A stretch of 16,088 nucleotides of DNA from Simkaniaceae bacterium (GTDB taxonomy: Bacteria > Chlamydiota > Chlamydiia > Chlamydiales > Simkaniaceae), in assembly GCA_050248615.1 (NCBI GenBank), contig JBFWSA010000044.1:1-16088 (forward strand). Reading direction: 5' to 3'. Under the pieces are notes generated by a model. It saw only the letters and a program-made list of their open reading frames with translations. It did not search any database and was not told the DNA's origin. Of the stretch, positions 7,696 to 16,088 are shown in pieces (position 1 is the first letter of the stretch; each line of letters opens with the position of its first letter). The position numbers were made by a program, and so were the translations under genes.

Positions 7696-8611
7696 GAAAG
7701 GTCTCTCCTTTAAAGGCATGATCTTTAAGAAGGGCAGCATTATAACTCGAACGGACAAAGGGGCCACTATACATGTATTTGATTCCCAAAGATTGCCCAT
7801 ACTGTTCATAACGTTTGAATTGTTCAGGGGTCACAAACGCTTTCACTAAGAGCTTATTACGGTTAGGTTGGAGGTATTGACCAATCGTGATGATTTCACA
7901 TCCCGCTGCGTAGAGATCTCGAATCGTTTCCTCTACTTCTTCATCCGTTTCTCCGAGTCCCACCATGATCCCCGATTTTACAAAGGGGACTTTGTTTTGT
8001 CCTTTTACATAAGCCAGGACTTTAAGGGTGCGTTCATAGGTGGCTCGATGACGGACACGTGGAGAGAGGCGTCTCACCGTTTCAATATTATGGTTAAAGA
8101 TTTCAGGTTTGGCATTCAGGACAATGTCAAGCGGCTTTTCTTCACCAGAGAAATCGGAAGTGAGCACTTCCGTAGTTGCACTTGGGTTTTCTTTTCGAAT
8201 CGCGTGAATGATTTCAGCAATATGAGTAGCCCCTTGGTCTGCTAAGTCATCTCGGGCCACCATGGTAATCACCACATGTTGCAGTCCTAAAGCTTTTACC
8301 GATTGTGCGATTCGCAAGGGTTCATCTTTCTCAGGAGGTTTGGGATGTTTAGAGAAGTCAATATCACAAAATCCGCAAGCACGGGTGCACTCTTTGCCGA
8401 GAGCGAGAAAGGTTGCTGTTTTGTTGGAATAACACTCTAAGCGGTTAGGGCATTTTGCCTCTTCACAAACCGTGTTCAAGTGATGCTTTCTTAAAATCGC
8501 ATTGGTTTCTGAAAGCTCACTGCCACGAGGGAGCTTGCGGTGAAGCCAAGAGGGAAACCGACCTTTACTTCCCTTTTCAGGATTTTCAGGAAGGATGTTG
8601 AGCTTTTTCAT
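7688..8611 (-). CDS. lipA: Lipoyl synthase
   Basis: Auxiliary cluster motif CEEAKCPNRLEC (CX4CX5C), radical-SAM motif CTRACGFC, NHNIETV, GQYLQP and VRSSY. Confidence 0.98.
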   Translation of the reverse strand: MKKLNILPENPEKGSKGRFPSWLHRKLPRGSELSETNAILRKHHLNTVCEEAKCPNRLECYSNKTATFLALGKECTRACGFCDIDFSKHPKPPEKDEPLRIAQSVKALGLQHVVITMVARDDLADQGATHIAEIIHAIRKENPSATTEVLTSDFSGEEKPLDIVLNAKPEIFNHNIETVRRLSPRVRHRATYERTLKVLAYVKGQNKVPFVKSGIMVGLGETDEEVEETIRDLYAAGCEIITIGQYLQPNRNKLLVKAFVTPEQFKRYEQYGQSLGIKYMYSGPFVRSSYNAALLKDHAFKGETFHG

Positions 8612-8622
8612 CTATCCAGAAT

Positions 8623-10029
8623 TCACATTTTTTTAATTTTGGGTGGAAAGTGGATCGGCGTTTCATTGGCAAGAAGAGCCGCCTCTAACCACGCTTCAGG
8701 CACAGTGGGGTGTGCATGAATCGTATCTATTACGCAGTCTAATGTGAGCTCATTGTTTATCGCAAGGGCCATCTCGGAGATGAGGGCGGAGGCCTCGTGC
8801 CCGACGACATGAGCTCCTAGGATCTCTCCCGTTTTTTTATCAGCGATCACTTGAGCAAAACCCTCGGTTTCCATTGTGGCAATCGATTTTCCGAGAGCCT
8901 GGAAGGGGAAGGTCCCTACAGAAAAATTGAGCCCTTTTTCTTTTGCCTGTTCTGCTGTGAGTCCAACAGATGCGATTTCTGGATGGGTAAAGATCACAGC
9001 AGGAATCGCGTGATAGTGAATGTAGGCTTCTTGTCCGCAGGCGTTGGCTGCAGCGACGATCCCTTGATGAGAGGCCACATGGGCTAGCATTGCGATCGCA
9101 GTAATATCCCCAATGGCATAAATGCCAGGAACTGCCGTTTCCATTTTTTCATTCACTTCAATCTTTCCTTTGGGACCTTCACTAAGACCAGCTTTTTCTA
9201 AGCCCAATCCTTTTGAGTTGAGGCGCCTTCCTACTGCAACGATGGCTTTTTCAACAGCGATTTTTTCCCCACCACTTACGTGGATAACAAGGCCGTTTCC
9301 TTTCTTTTCGATCGATTCAACAGCGGTATGGGTTTTGATTTCAATACCCGATTTATGAAAGGCTGCTGTGAGGGCGGCAGAAATTTCTTTCCCTTGCGTT
9401 TGGACAATAGAAGGAAGGGCTTCGATGATGATGACTTTGACTCCAAACTCTGCGTAAAGAGAGGCAAATTCACATCCAATATACCCCCCCCCGATGATCG
9501 CGATCGATTGGGGAAGCTCACTCAGTTCTAGAGCAGAAGTGGAGTTTAAAATCCGTTCATGGTCACAAGGGAATGCGGGAATATCGATGGGCTCAGAGCC
9601 TGTGGCGATAATGATCTTTTCTGCATGGATCCAGGCGCTATTTTCTCCGAGTACTTTCAGGTCTTTAGGAGATTCGAACTTAGCTTCTCCCTTAAAAATG
9701 GTGATCCCATTGGATTTGATGAGTCCCCCTAAACTGGTCCGAATTTTGCTGACGACTTGATCTTTGCGTGCTTTCATTTTACTAAAGTCAAAAGAGAGCT
9801 TTTCTGCTTTGATCCCATAGGCTTCGGCCTCTTTGAACTTCTTAAATAGACTTGCATTCGAGAGAAGGGTTTTAGAAGGGATGCATCCGACATTTAAACA
9901 GGTTCCCCCGAGATCCTTCTTTTCAATGAGGGCGACTTTTTTTCCCATTTGTGCTGCTTTTATCGCAGCTACATATCCCCCCGGTCCTGCTCCGATTACC
10001 GCTACATCGAATTTTTGCTTTTCAGCCAT
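8623..10029 (-). CDS. lpdA: Dihydrolipoamide dehydrogenase (E3)
   Basis: FAD motif IGAGPGGY, redox disulfide GGTCLNVGCIPSK, NAD motif IIGGGYIG and HAHPTVPE. AGGAG at 10040-10036. Confidence 0.98.
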   Translation of the reverse strand: MAEKQKFDVAVIGAGPGGYVAAIKAAQMGKKVALIEKKDLGGTCLNVGCIPSKTLLSNASLFKKFKEAEAYGIKAEKLSFDFSKMKARKDQVVSKIRTSLGGLIKSNGITIFKGEAKFESPKDLKVLGENSAWIHAEKIIIATGSEPIDIPAFPCDHERILNSTSALELSELPQSIAIIGGGYIGCEFASLYAEFGVKVIIIEALPSIVQTQGKEISAALTAAFHKSGIEIKTHTAVESIEKKGNGLVIHVSGGEKIAVEKAIVAVGRRLNSKGLGLEKAGLSEGPKGKIEVNEKMETAVPGIYAIGDITAIAMLAHVASHQGIVAAANACGQEAYIHYHAIPAVIFTHPEIASVGLTAEQAKEKGLNFSVGTFPFQALGKSIATMETEGFAQVIADKKTGEILGAHVVGHEASALISEMALAINNELTLDCVIDTIHAHPTVPEAWLEAALLANETPIHFPPKIKKM

Positions 10030-10056
10030 TGAAAACTCCTAAATTTTAATACATCC

Positions 10057-10085
10057 ATTGTACCTTTCTGGAGGCAAAAAGTAAA
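10057..10085 (-). promoter_or_regulatory. Candidate sigma70/sigma66 promoter for the lpdA-lipA-HEAT operon
   Basis: TTTACT(10085-10080)-N17-TACAAT(10062-10057). Confidence 0.5.
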
Positions 10086-10165
10086 TGTTCCTAGAGATAT
10101 TTTTACTTTCCCTTCATTGAAAGATGGGTTAGAATGAAAATTGGAAGTAAATACTGGTTGTGGTT

Positions 10166-10726
10166 ATGAAACAGATGGATCGTACAAAAGTTTGTTGGAA
10201 TTGTGAAGCAGATGTGAATTATGAGGCAACGTATTGTCCGTTTTGTGGTACAGATTTATTGACATCTTCTGCTGAAACACCTCCTCAACCTCCCAAACAC
10301 GATGCAAAATTTTCTGATCAAACCCTTCAAGAGAGTTTAGCCTCTCTCTATAAACCCCCCTATTCAGTAAGAAATCGTCAGGGTTTTGGCGTTCCTGATG
10401 AGAGAGAAGAGACCTCGTTTAAGCAAGCAGAACCGCTCAAAGAAGATCCTCTGTTTCAATCTTATGATCAAAAAGAAACAGAAAAACCTCTTGTCACTGA
10501 GGAAAAATTTGAAGAAGAAGAGATCACAAAAAGGGGAAATATCCTCCCCCTCCTTTTTTTAATGATTGGGGCCCATCTTTTTGTTTTAGGAACCCTCCTT
10601 CTCTTCTGTTCTAAGGAGGGAGTGGTGCATTTACAGTGGAGTAGTCGCTTTTGGTTTCTCTATTGCTTGATCAGCTTTCCCCTTCTTTATTTTGGAGCGC
10701 GTCTCCTTAAACGGACATCTAATTAA
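10166..10726 (+). CDS. Zinc-ribbon membrane protein (resembles the Chlamydia CT556 family from recall)
   Basis: N-terminal CWNC-X10-CPFC, an acidic and proline-rich linker, and two C-terminal hydrophobic helices. Divergent from lpdA. The start is ATG 10166 or GTG 10160. Confidence 0.85.
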   Translation: MKQMDRTKVCWNCEADVNYEATYCPFCGTDLLTSSAETPPQPPKHDAKFSDQTLQESLASLYKPPYSVRNRQGFGVPDEREETSFKQAEPLKEDPLFQSYDQKETEKPLVTEEKFEEEEITKRGNILPLLFLMIGAHLFVLGTLLLFCSKEGVVHLQWSSRFWFLYCLISFPLLYFGARLLKRTSN

Positions 10727-10739
10727 TACTATAAATTTT

Positions 10740-13676
10740 TTACTGCTTTTTTGTTTTGATGGGGGAATTAGGGAGGTAAAGCCCTGATCCCGCATCTTTT
10801 TTAAAGCGCCGTTGTTGTTGCAGATGTTGCAAAGGGTTTTGCTGCTCAGGGGGAGGTTGCATCGCAAACCTAAAGAGGGCATGGCTGATTTGAAGTTTTA
10901 GATCTTGGCTGAAAGTGTCAAACAGGGCAAAGGCTTCATGTTTAAATTCAAGAAGAGGATCTTTTTGTCCGACCACACGCATGTTTACTTCCGTTCGGAG
11001 ATGGTCGATAGAGAGGAGGTGCTCTTGCCAGAGTCTATCGATATGATGAAGGAGGAGACTACGAATCACTTCCTTTAGAACGGGGAGTGCATCGATCTCT
11101 TTCCCTGCTCCTTCTTGAATCAGCGCAATGGTTTGGGCTTCATGATCGAGCTTATCTTTAAAAGCTTTGATGATTTTCTTTTTAGCTGTTTTTTCAATTT
11201 GATCGACTGTTAAGTAATCATCATCAAACGCTCCCTCTTCAAAGGTAACGGGAAAGTGGGTCATGAGCCATTCGCTATAGCCCTGAGGATTCCATCCCCC
11301 TTCAACGGTTCGAGAGGTAAAGAATTGTCCTGCCATTTGACTTGTAATATTTACAAGGACCTCTTCAGCAATGCAGATCGAATCCTCTTCTTGGAGGACA
11401 TCATTCCGGAAAGCATACACTTCCTGACGTTGCTTATTCATCACATCGTCATATTGGAGGGTGTGTTTGCGAATAGAGTAGTTGCGTTGTTCGACCCGTT
11501 TTTGAGCTGTTTCAATCGAGCGGTTAAGCACTTTTGCCGAGATGGGTTCTCCTTCTGGGGGACGAAAACGTTGGAGGAACGAGGTGAGTTTTGGAGAGGC
11601 AAAGAGGCGCATGAGTTGATCTTCAAAAGAGACATAGAATTTAGAGGTTCCGGGATCTCCTTGACGTGCACAACGCCCGCGGAGCTGTCTGTCAATCCGG
11701 CGTGATTGGTGGCGTGTTGTTCCAATAACATGCAGCCCCCCTGCTTGTGCAACACCTTCTCCAAGCTTAATATCCGTTCCGCGTCCTGCCATGTTTGTAG
11801 CCACAGTAATGGCCCCTTTTTGTCCGGCAAGGGCGATAATTTCTGCTTCTTTTGCGTGATTTTTTGCGTTGAGAATCGTGTGTTCTAATTTGTTTTGTTT
11901 GAGGATACGGGCCAGTTTCTCTGAAATTTCAACCGATTCCGTTCCAATCAGAATGGGACGCCCTTGACCATGGATCTCTATGATATCTTTGAGGATGGCG
12001 TTGTATTTTTCCCGCTCGGTCATATAAATTTCATCATCGGAATCTTTTCGCTGACACTTTTTATGAGTAGGAATGTCTAAGACATCGATTTTGTAGATTT
12101 CTTTAAATTCATTGGCCTCTGTCATCGCCGTTCCCGTCATCCCAGCGAGCTTATCGTACATGCGGAAGTAGTTTTGCAGGGTGATCGTCGCATAGGTTTG
12201 GGTTTCTTGTTGAATGGGAACCGATTCTTTAGCTTCAATGGACTGATGGAGACCATCGGAGAAACGCCGTCCTGGTTGGGGGCGTCCGGTGTTTTCATCG
12301 ATGATGACAATCTTTTGATCTTGCACGATATAGTCGACATCTTTTTCCATTAAAAGATGAGCGCGGAAGAGTTGACGCAAGTTATGAGAGCGTTCTTTGC
12401 GGCGTCCATCCTCTTCTCGAAGGGCAATTTTCTTCTCCATTTTTTCTTGATCATCGAGGGCTGGATTTTCATCGATTTTGGCATATTCATACCCTAGATC
12501 TAGCATCACAAAGTCATCTTGAGTCCCGCTCTTCTCTCCAATCCAAGCTTGAATCCCTTTATCAGTCAGTTCATATTCATTGGCCCTTTCGTCTACGATG
12601 ATATAGAGCTCAGAGAGCATTTCGTGTCGCTCATCTTTATTAGGCTCTGCATAAAAGTAGGTTTCCCACTTTTCCATTTCAGCGCGTAGATCGGGATTTT
12701 CTTTGAGCCGTTTAAGGATTTTATTTTGTGGGGTTCCTTTCCCTACAAGCCAAAGCTTGCGAAAAGCTTCTTCCTTTTCTTTGCCCTCTTCTTTCGAGAG
12801 CTTTTCTTGTTCTCCTTCTTCATTGAGAAGGCCCAATTTTTCCAGAATCTTACGCCCCTCTGAAGCGAGTTTATTGCACAGATCGCGTTGCTTAAGAACG
12901 ATGTTAGAGACAGGGCCTTTGAGTGCATCGTACATCTGGCGGGATTGTGAGGAAGGACCCGAAATAATCAAGGGAGTGCGGGCTTCATCAATGAGAATGG
13001 AGTCGACTTCATCGATAATGGCAAAATAATGCCCTCTTTGACACTGTTCTTCAGGAGAGCGAGCCATAGAATTATCGCGGAGGTAATCAAATCCAAATTC
13101 TGAAGCTGTTCCATAAACGATATCTGCAGCGTAAATCTCTTTGCGTTCATGCGGAGGAGTTTGATTCACTAAGGCTTTAACCGTAAGACCGAGATAGCGG
13201 AAAATTTCTCCAATCCATTCACAGTCACGATTAGCTAAATAATCATTCACAGTGACTAAGTGCGTGGGTTTTCCTGTAAGGGCATTCAAGAAAAGGGGCA
13301 TCGAAGCGGTGAGAGTCTTTCCCTCTCCCGTCATCATTTCAGCAATCGATCCGTGATGCATAGCAATCGCACCGATGAGCTGGACATCATAAGGGACCAT
13401 GTCCCATTTCTGATTATATCCCGAGACATGGATGTCGGTGCCGAGAAGGCGACGGCAAGTATTTTTTACGAGGGCATAAGCTTCTGGAAGAAGGTCATCA
13501 ACAGTTTCTCCTCCTTCTAAGCGCGCACGAAACGCACCCACTTTCTCTTTGATTTCGTCATCTGAAAGCGATTGATAGTCTTTTTCAATTGCATTAATCT
13601 GCTTAACAATTTTCTGATACTGTTTGACCTGACGACTTTGCGCCGTTCCAAAAATTTTCTTGAGTAGTCCGAACAT
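10740..13676 (-). CDS. secA: Preprotein translocase ATPase SecA
   Basis: EMMTGEGKTL, VTVNDYLA.RD, IDEVDSILIDEARTPLIISG, GLHQSIEAKE, GMTGTA, ATNMAGRGTDI, RRIDRQLRGR..RQGDPG and QKDPL.EFK. Confidence 0.99.
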   Translation of the reverse strand: MFGLLKKIFGTAQSRQVKQYQKIVKQINAIEKDYQSLSDDEIKEKVGAFRARLEGGETVDDLLPEAYALVKNTCRRLLGTDIHVSGYNQKWDMVPYDVQLIGAIAMHHGSIAEMMTGEGKTLTASMPLFLNALTGKPTHLVTVNDYLANRDCEWIGEIFRYLGLTVKALVNQTPPHERKEIYAADIVYGTASEFGFDYLRDNSMARSPEEQCQRGHYFAIIDEVDSILIDEARTPLIISGPSSQSRQMYDALKGPVSNIVLKQRDLCNKLASEGRKILEKLGLLNEEGEQEKLSKEEGKEKEEAFRKLWLVGKGTPQNKILKRLKENPDLRAEMEKWETYFYAEPNKDERHEMLSELYIIVDERANEYELTDKGIQAWIGEKSGTQDDFVMLDLGYEYAKIDENPALDDQEKMEKKIALREEDGRRKERSHNLRQLFRAHLLMEKDVDYIVQDQKIVIIDENTGRPQPGRRFSDGLHQSIEAKESVPIQQETQTYATITLQNYFRMYDKLAGMTGTAMTEANEFKEIYKIDVLDIPTHKKCQRKDSDDEIYMTEREKYNAILKDIIEIHGQGRPILIGTESVEISEKLARILKQNKLEHTILNAKNHAKEAEIIALAGQKGAITVATNMAGRGTDIKLGEGVAQAGGLHVIGTTRHQSRRIDRQLRGRCARQGDPGTSKFYVSFEDQLMRLFASPKLTSFLQRFRPPEGEPISAKVLNRSIETAQKRVEQRNYSIRKHTLQYDDVMNKQRQEVYAFRNDVLQEEDSICIAEEVLVNITSQMAGQFFTSRTVEGGWNPQGYSEWLMTHFPVTFEEGAFDDDYLTVDQIEKTAKKKIIKAFKDKLDHEAQTIALIQEGAGKEIDALPVLKEVIRSLLLHHIDRLWQEHLLSIDHLRTEVNMRVVGQKDPLLEFKHEAFALFDTFSQDLKLQISHALFRFAMQPPPEQQNPLQHLQQQRRFKKDAGSGLYLPNSPIKTKKQ

Positions 13677-13706
13677 TGTGACCCTTTTAAATTTCTTGCT
13701 TGTCCA

Positions 13707-13740
13707 ATTATAGCCTAAAAGTGATTTTACGTGCTATGTT
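13707..13740. promoter_or_regulatory. Candidate divergent secA and psd promoter elements
   Basis: Minus-strand TATAAT at 13712-13707 for secA (poor -35). Plus-strand extended -10-like TGcTATGTT at 13732-13740 for psd. Confidence 0.4.
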
Positions 13741-13746
13741 TGACCT

Positions 13747-14655
13747 ATGTCTGAAATTGTTTACAGAGATCGAGAATCAGGGGAGCAGAAAAAAGAAAAA
13801 GTTTATGGTAAATTTTTTCTTGAAGCTGTCTATGGAACAAGTCTCCTGTCAAAGCTCTTTTCTCTGATCGCTCTTCCTCTGATTTCTAACATTCCTTTTT
13901 TTTCTAAACTCTATGGGAAAAGACAAAAATCTCTTAAGAGCCGGAGAAAAGTGCGTCCGTTTATCGAAAATTTTCATGTGGATACCCAGGAATTTACAGA
14001 GTCCCCGGAATCATTTCAATCGTTTAACGATTTTTTCATCCGCAAGCTTAAACCAGAAGTGCGCCCCCTGGCTCCAGGGGACGAAGTGGCGGTTCTTCCC
14101 GCAGATGGAAGGTATTTAGTTTACCCCGATATCAGCGTGGTAGAGGGTTTTTATGTGAAAGAGAAGAAGTTTGATCTTCACCGCTTAATTCAAGATGAAT
14201 TTTTGTTTGAGCTCTATAAGCGGGGCAGCATGGTCATTGCAAGGCTCTGTCCAACGGATTATCATCGCTTTCACTTCCCTTGTGCTTGCCTCCCCTCTAA
14301 AGCTAAGCTTATCAATGGTCCCCTTTATTCTGTGAATCCTATTGCTCTTAGGGAGCACATCAGCATTCTTAATGAAAATAAACGGATGTTGACGCAATTA
14401 GAAACGCAGCGCTTTGGAAAAATCCTTTATATCGAAGTGGGAGCCACTTTTGTCGGTTCGATTAAACAGACGTATCAACCCCAAACTCCCCAGGTAAAAG
14501 GGGGAGAAAAAGGGTATTTTGAATTTGGCGGGTCGTGTTTGATCTTACTATTTCAGCCCAACAAGATTCTCTTTGATCAAGATTTAGTCGACGCATCTTT
14601 AGAATTTGTCGAAACCAAAGCTAAGTTTGGCTCTTCTCTAGGACGCTGCAGATAG
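13747..14655 (+). CDS. psd: Phosphatidylserine decarboxylase proenzyme
   Basis: SFNDFFIRKLKPE.RP, PADGR, RLCPTDYHRFHFP, NENKR, VGAT.VGSI and KG.EKGYFEFGGS (GGS-type autocleavage/pyruvoyl site). Confidence 0.97.
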   Translation: MSEIVYRDRESGEQKKEKVYGKFFLEAVYGTSLLSKLFSLIALPLISNIPFFSKLYGKRQKSLKSRRKVRPFIENFHVDTQEFTESPESFQSFNDFFIRKLKPEVRPLAPGDEVAVLPADGRYLVYPDISVVEGFYVKEKKFDLHRLIQDEFLFELYKRGSMVIARLCPTDYHRFHFPCACLPSKAKLINGPLYSVNPIALREHISILNENKRMLTQLETQRFGKILYIEVGATFVGSIKQTYQPQTPQVKGGEKGYFEFGGSCLILLFQPNKILFDQDLVDASLEFVETKAKFGSSLGRCR

Positions 14656-15244
14656 GGCAGTTTTCGATTTTATGGCCTCTGGCGGGGCAATACTTTCTTC
14701 CGAAATAGATGATTTGTAGATGGAGTTTAATCCAGGAAGCTTTAGGGAAAAGAGCTTTGAGATCTTTTTCTGTTTGTTTAACCGTTTTTCCTGAGGAGAG
14801 TCCCCACCGTTTAGCGCAGCGGTGAATATGGGTATCGATGGGGAAAGCAGGTTCCTTGAAGGCTTGTGCCATGACAACGGAAGCGGTTTTATGTCCCACT
14901 CCTGGGAGTTTTTCTAAGGCTTCCCAATCTTTCGGAACCTTTCCCCCATAGTCTTCCACAAGAATCTTCGATAAGTTTTTTATTGCTTTTGACTTTGCCG
15001 GAGAAAGACCACACGGTTTGATGATCGATTGAATGGTACTTTGAGGAAGGGCGGCCATTTTTTCTGGTGTGGAAGCCTTAGCAAAGAGCTTGGGGGTGAT
15101 TTCATTGACCTTTTTATCCGTGCAGCGGGCAGATAAAACGACAGCGATGAGTAACGTATAAGCATTCTTATGCTTTAGAGGAATTTTAGGCCTGGGAAAA
15201 AGCTTGTCTAAGATTCGCTTAACAGTGCGTGCGCGTGCATTCAT
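14621..15244 (-). CDS. nth: Endonuclease III
   Basis: LLIAVVLSARCTD..VN, helix-hairpin-helix LPGVGHKTA (catalytic Lys), FPIDTHIHR (catalytic Asp) and a C-terminal Cys cluster. Confidence 0.97.
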   Translation of the reverse strand: MNARARTVKRILDKLFPRPKIPLKHKNAYTLLIAVVLSARCTDKKVNEITPKLFAKASTPEKMAALPQSTIQSIIKPCGLSPAKSKAIKNLSKILVEDYGGKVPKDWEALEKLPGVGHKTASVVMAQAFKEPAFPIDTHIHRCAKRWGLSSGKTVKQTEKDLKALFPKASWIKLHLQIIYFGRKYCPARGHKIENCPICSVLEKSQT

Positions 15245-15253
15245 AGGATAAAA

Positions 15254-16088
15254 TCACTTCCCTACACAGAATTTGGAGAAGATAGCGCTTAGGACCTCTT
15301 CAGTGATGTTCATGCCGATAATGGTTCCCAGCTCTTTGAGCGCTAAGCGCATGTCTGACACCAGAAATTCGGGGGAGATAGAAGTTGAGAGTCCTTGGAT
15401 AACGGTTGTGAGAGCTTTGATGGAGGCTCCAAGGGCCTGGTAGTGACGTTCGTTAGTGAGGATGACTTCCTCCTTTGAAGGGGGGTCCTCATGCCAAACC
15501 ACCCGGTGGATGGCTTCTTTGAGAGAGGCGATGCCGAGCCCCTCTTTTGCGGAGAGTTGGACTTGGTGGGAAAAGGGGAGATCAGGAAGAGGAGAGTGAT
15601 CGAGATCGATTTTGTTCCAAATCGCAATGGTTTTCTTTTCGGGGAGATCGATAGAAATAGGGGAGGGTTGGGTCACATCAAAAACCAGAAGAATGAGATC
15701 GGCATTTTTGGCTGCTTTGTGAGATCTCCGCACTCCCTCAAGCTCAACGATTTCATCGGTTTCACGGATTCCCGCTGTATCGATAAGGCGGAAGGTGAGG
15801 CCGGCGATTTGGACCTCCTCTTCTAGGATATCTCGAGTCGTTCCTGGGATGTGTGTGACAATCGCGCGATCTTTTCCGGTAAGAGCATTCATGAGGGAAG
15901 ATTTGCCTACATTGGGAGCTCCTAGAAGGCAGAGAGAAAAGCTAGTAGAGAGGAGTTTGCCATCATGAAAGCTATTATGTAAAGCCGACATATCTTCCTT
16001 GAGGTTTTGAAGATCGGAGAGGAGCTCCTCTTTGGAAGCAAACTCCAAGCCTTCTTCAGGAAAGTCCACCCAGGCTTGTAAAATAGCT
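15254..16088 (-). CDS. mnmE: tRNA modification GTPase MnmE/TrmE (5' part lies outside the window)
   Basis: [28 protein letters not shown] and C-terminal FCVGK. The frame stays open upstream of GTG 16069 to the window edge ([12 protein letters not shown]). Confidence 0.98.
   Translation of the reverse strand, partial: AILQAWVDFPEEGLEFASKEELLSDLQNLKEDMSALHNSFHDGKLLSTSFSLCLLGAPNVGKSSLMNALTGKDRAIVTHIPGTTRDILEEEVQIAGLTFRLIDTAGIRETDEIVELEGVRRSHKAAKNADLILLVFDVTQPSPISIDLPEKKTIAIWNKIDLDHSPLPDLPFSHQVQLSAKEGLGIASLKEAIHRVVWHEDPPSKEEVILTNERHYQALGASIKALTTVIQGLSTSISPEFLVSDMRLALKELGTIIGMNITEEVLSAIFSKFCVGK

Noticed and set aside
7696..7809. ORF-track N-terminal extension of the HEAT protein
   Set aside because: It lies inside lipA. 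ATG 7695 has an AGGAG site and the overlap typical of translational coupling.
810..15826. Numerous 60-149 aa alternative-frame and antisense ORFs (e.g. 1691-1999, 7868-8245, 11256-11705, 11441-11830, 15491-15826)
   Set aside because: They lie within or across well-supported genes and show no recognisable motifs, as expected for shadow ORFs.
16067..16069. GTG as start of a short 271-aa MnmE, or a pseudogene
   Set aside because: The frame is open to the window edge, so the gene is simply cut off by the window.
1..16088. CRISPR array, tRNA/rRNA, IS element or anti-phage defence operon
   Set aside because: I saw no regularly spaced repeats, RNA-gene signatures, transposase/integrase motifs or recognisable defence domains. 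Intergenic gaps are all under about 140 bp.

Overview
This is a gene-dense bacterial window that most likely comes from the phylum Chlamydiae (an environmental, non-Chlamydiaceae lineage). That assignment is inferred from recalled gene order (mnmE-nth-psd-secA; zinc-ribbon membrane protein divergent from lpdA-lipA; glgC near a metallophosphoesterase) and from protein signatures, not from a search. Most of it is housekeeping: partial mnmE, nth, psd, secA, lpdA, lipA, a HEAT-repeat protein, glgC, a metallophosphoesterase and two hypotheticals that look conserved. The unusual part is a ~3.55 kb block of three genes I cannot assign (1854-5403) wedged between glgC and the metallophosphoesterase gene. 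It holds a signal-peptide protein translationally coupled to a 359-aa protein whose C-terminal domain may be a degenerate ADP-ribosyltransferase fold, plus a divergent 505-aa alpha-solenoid protein. I saw no RNA genes, CRISPR arrays or mobile-element genes.
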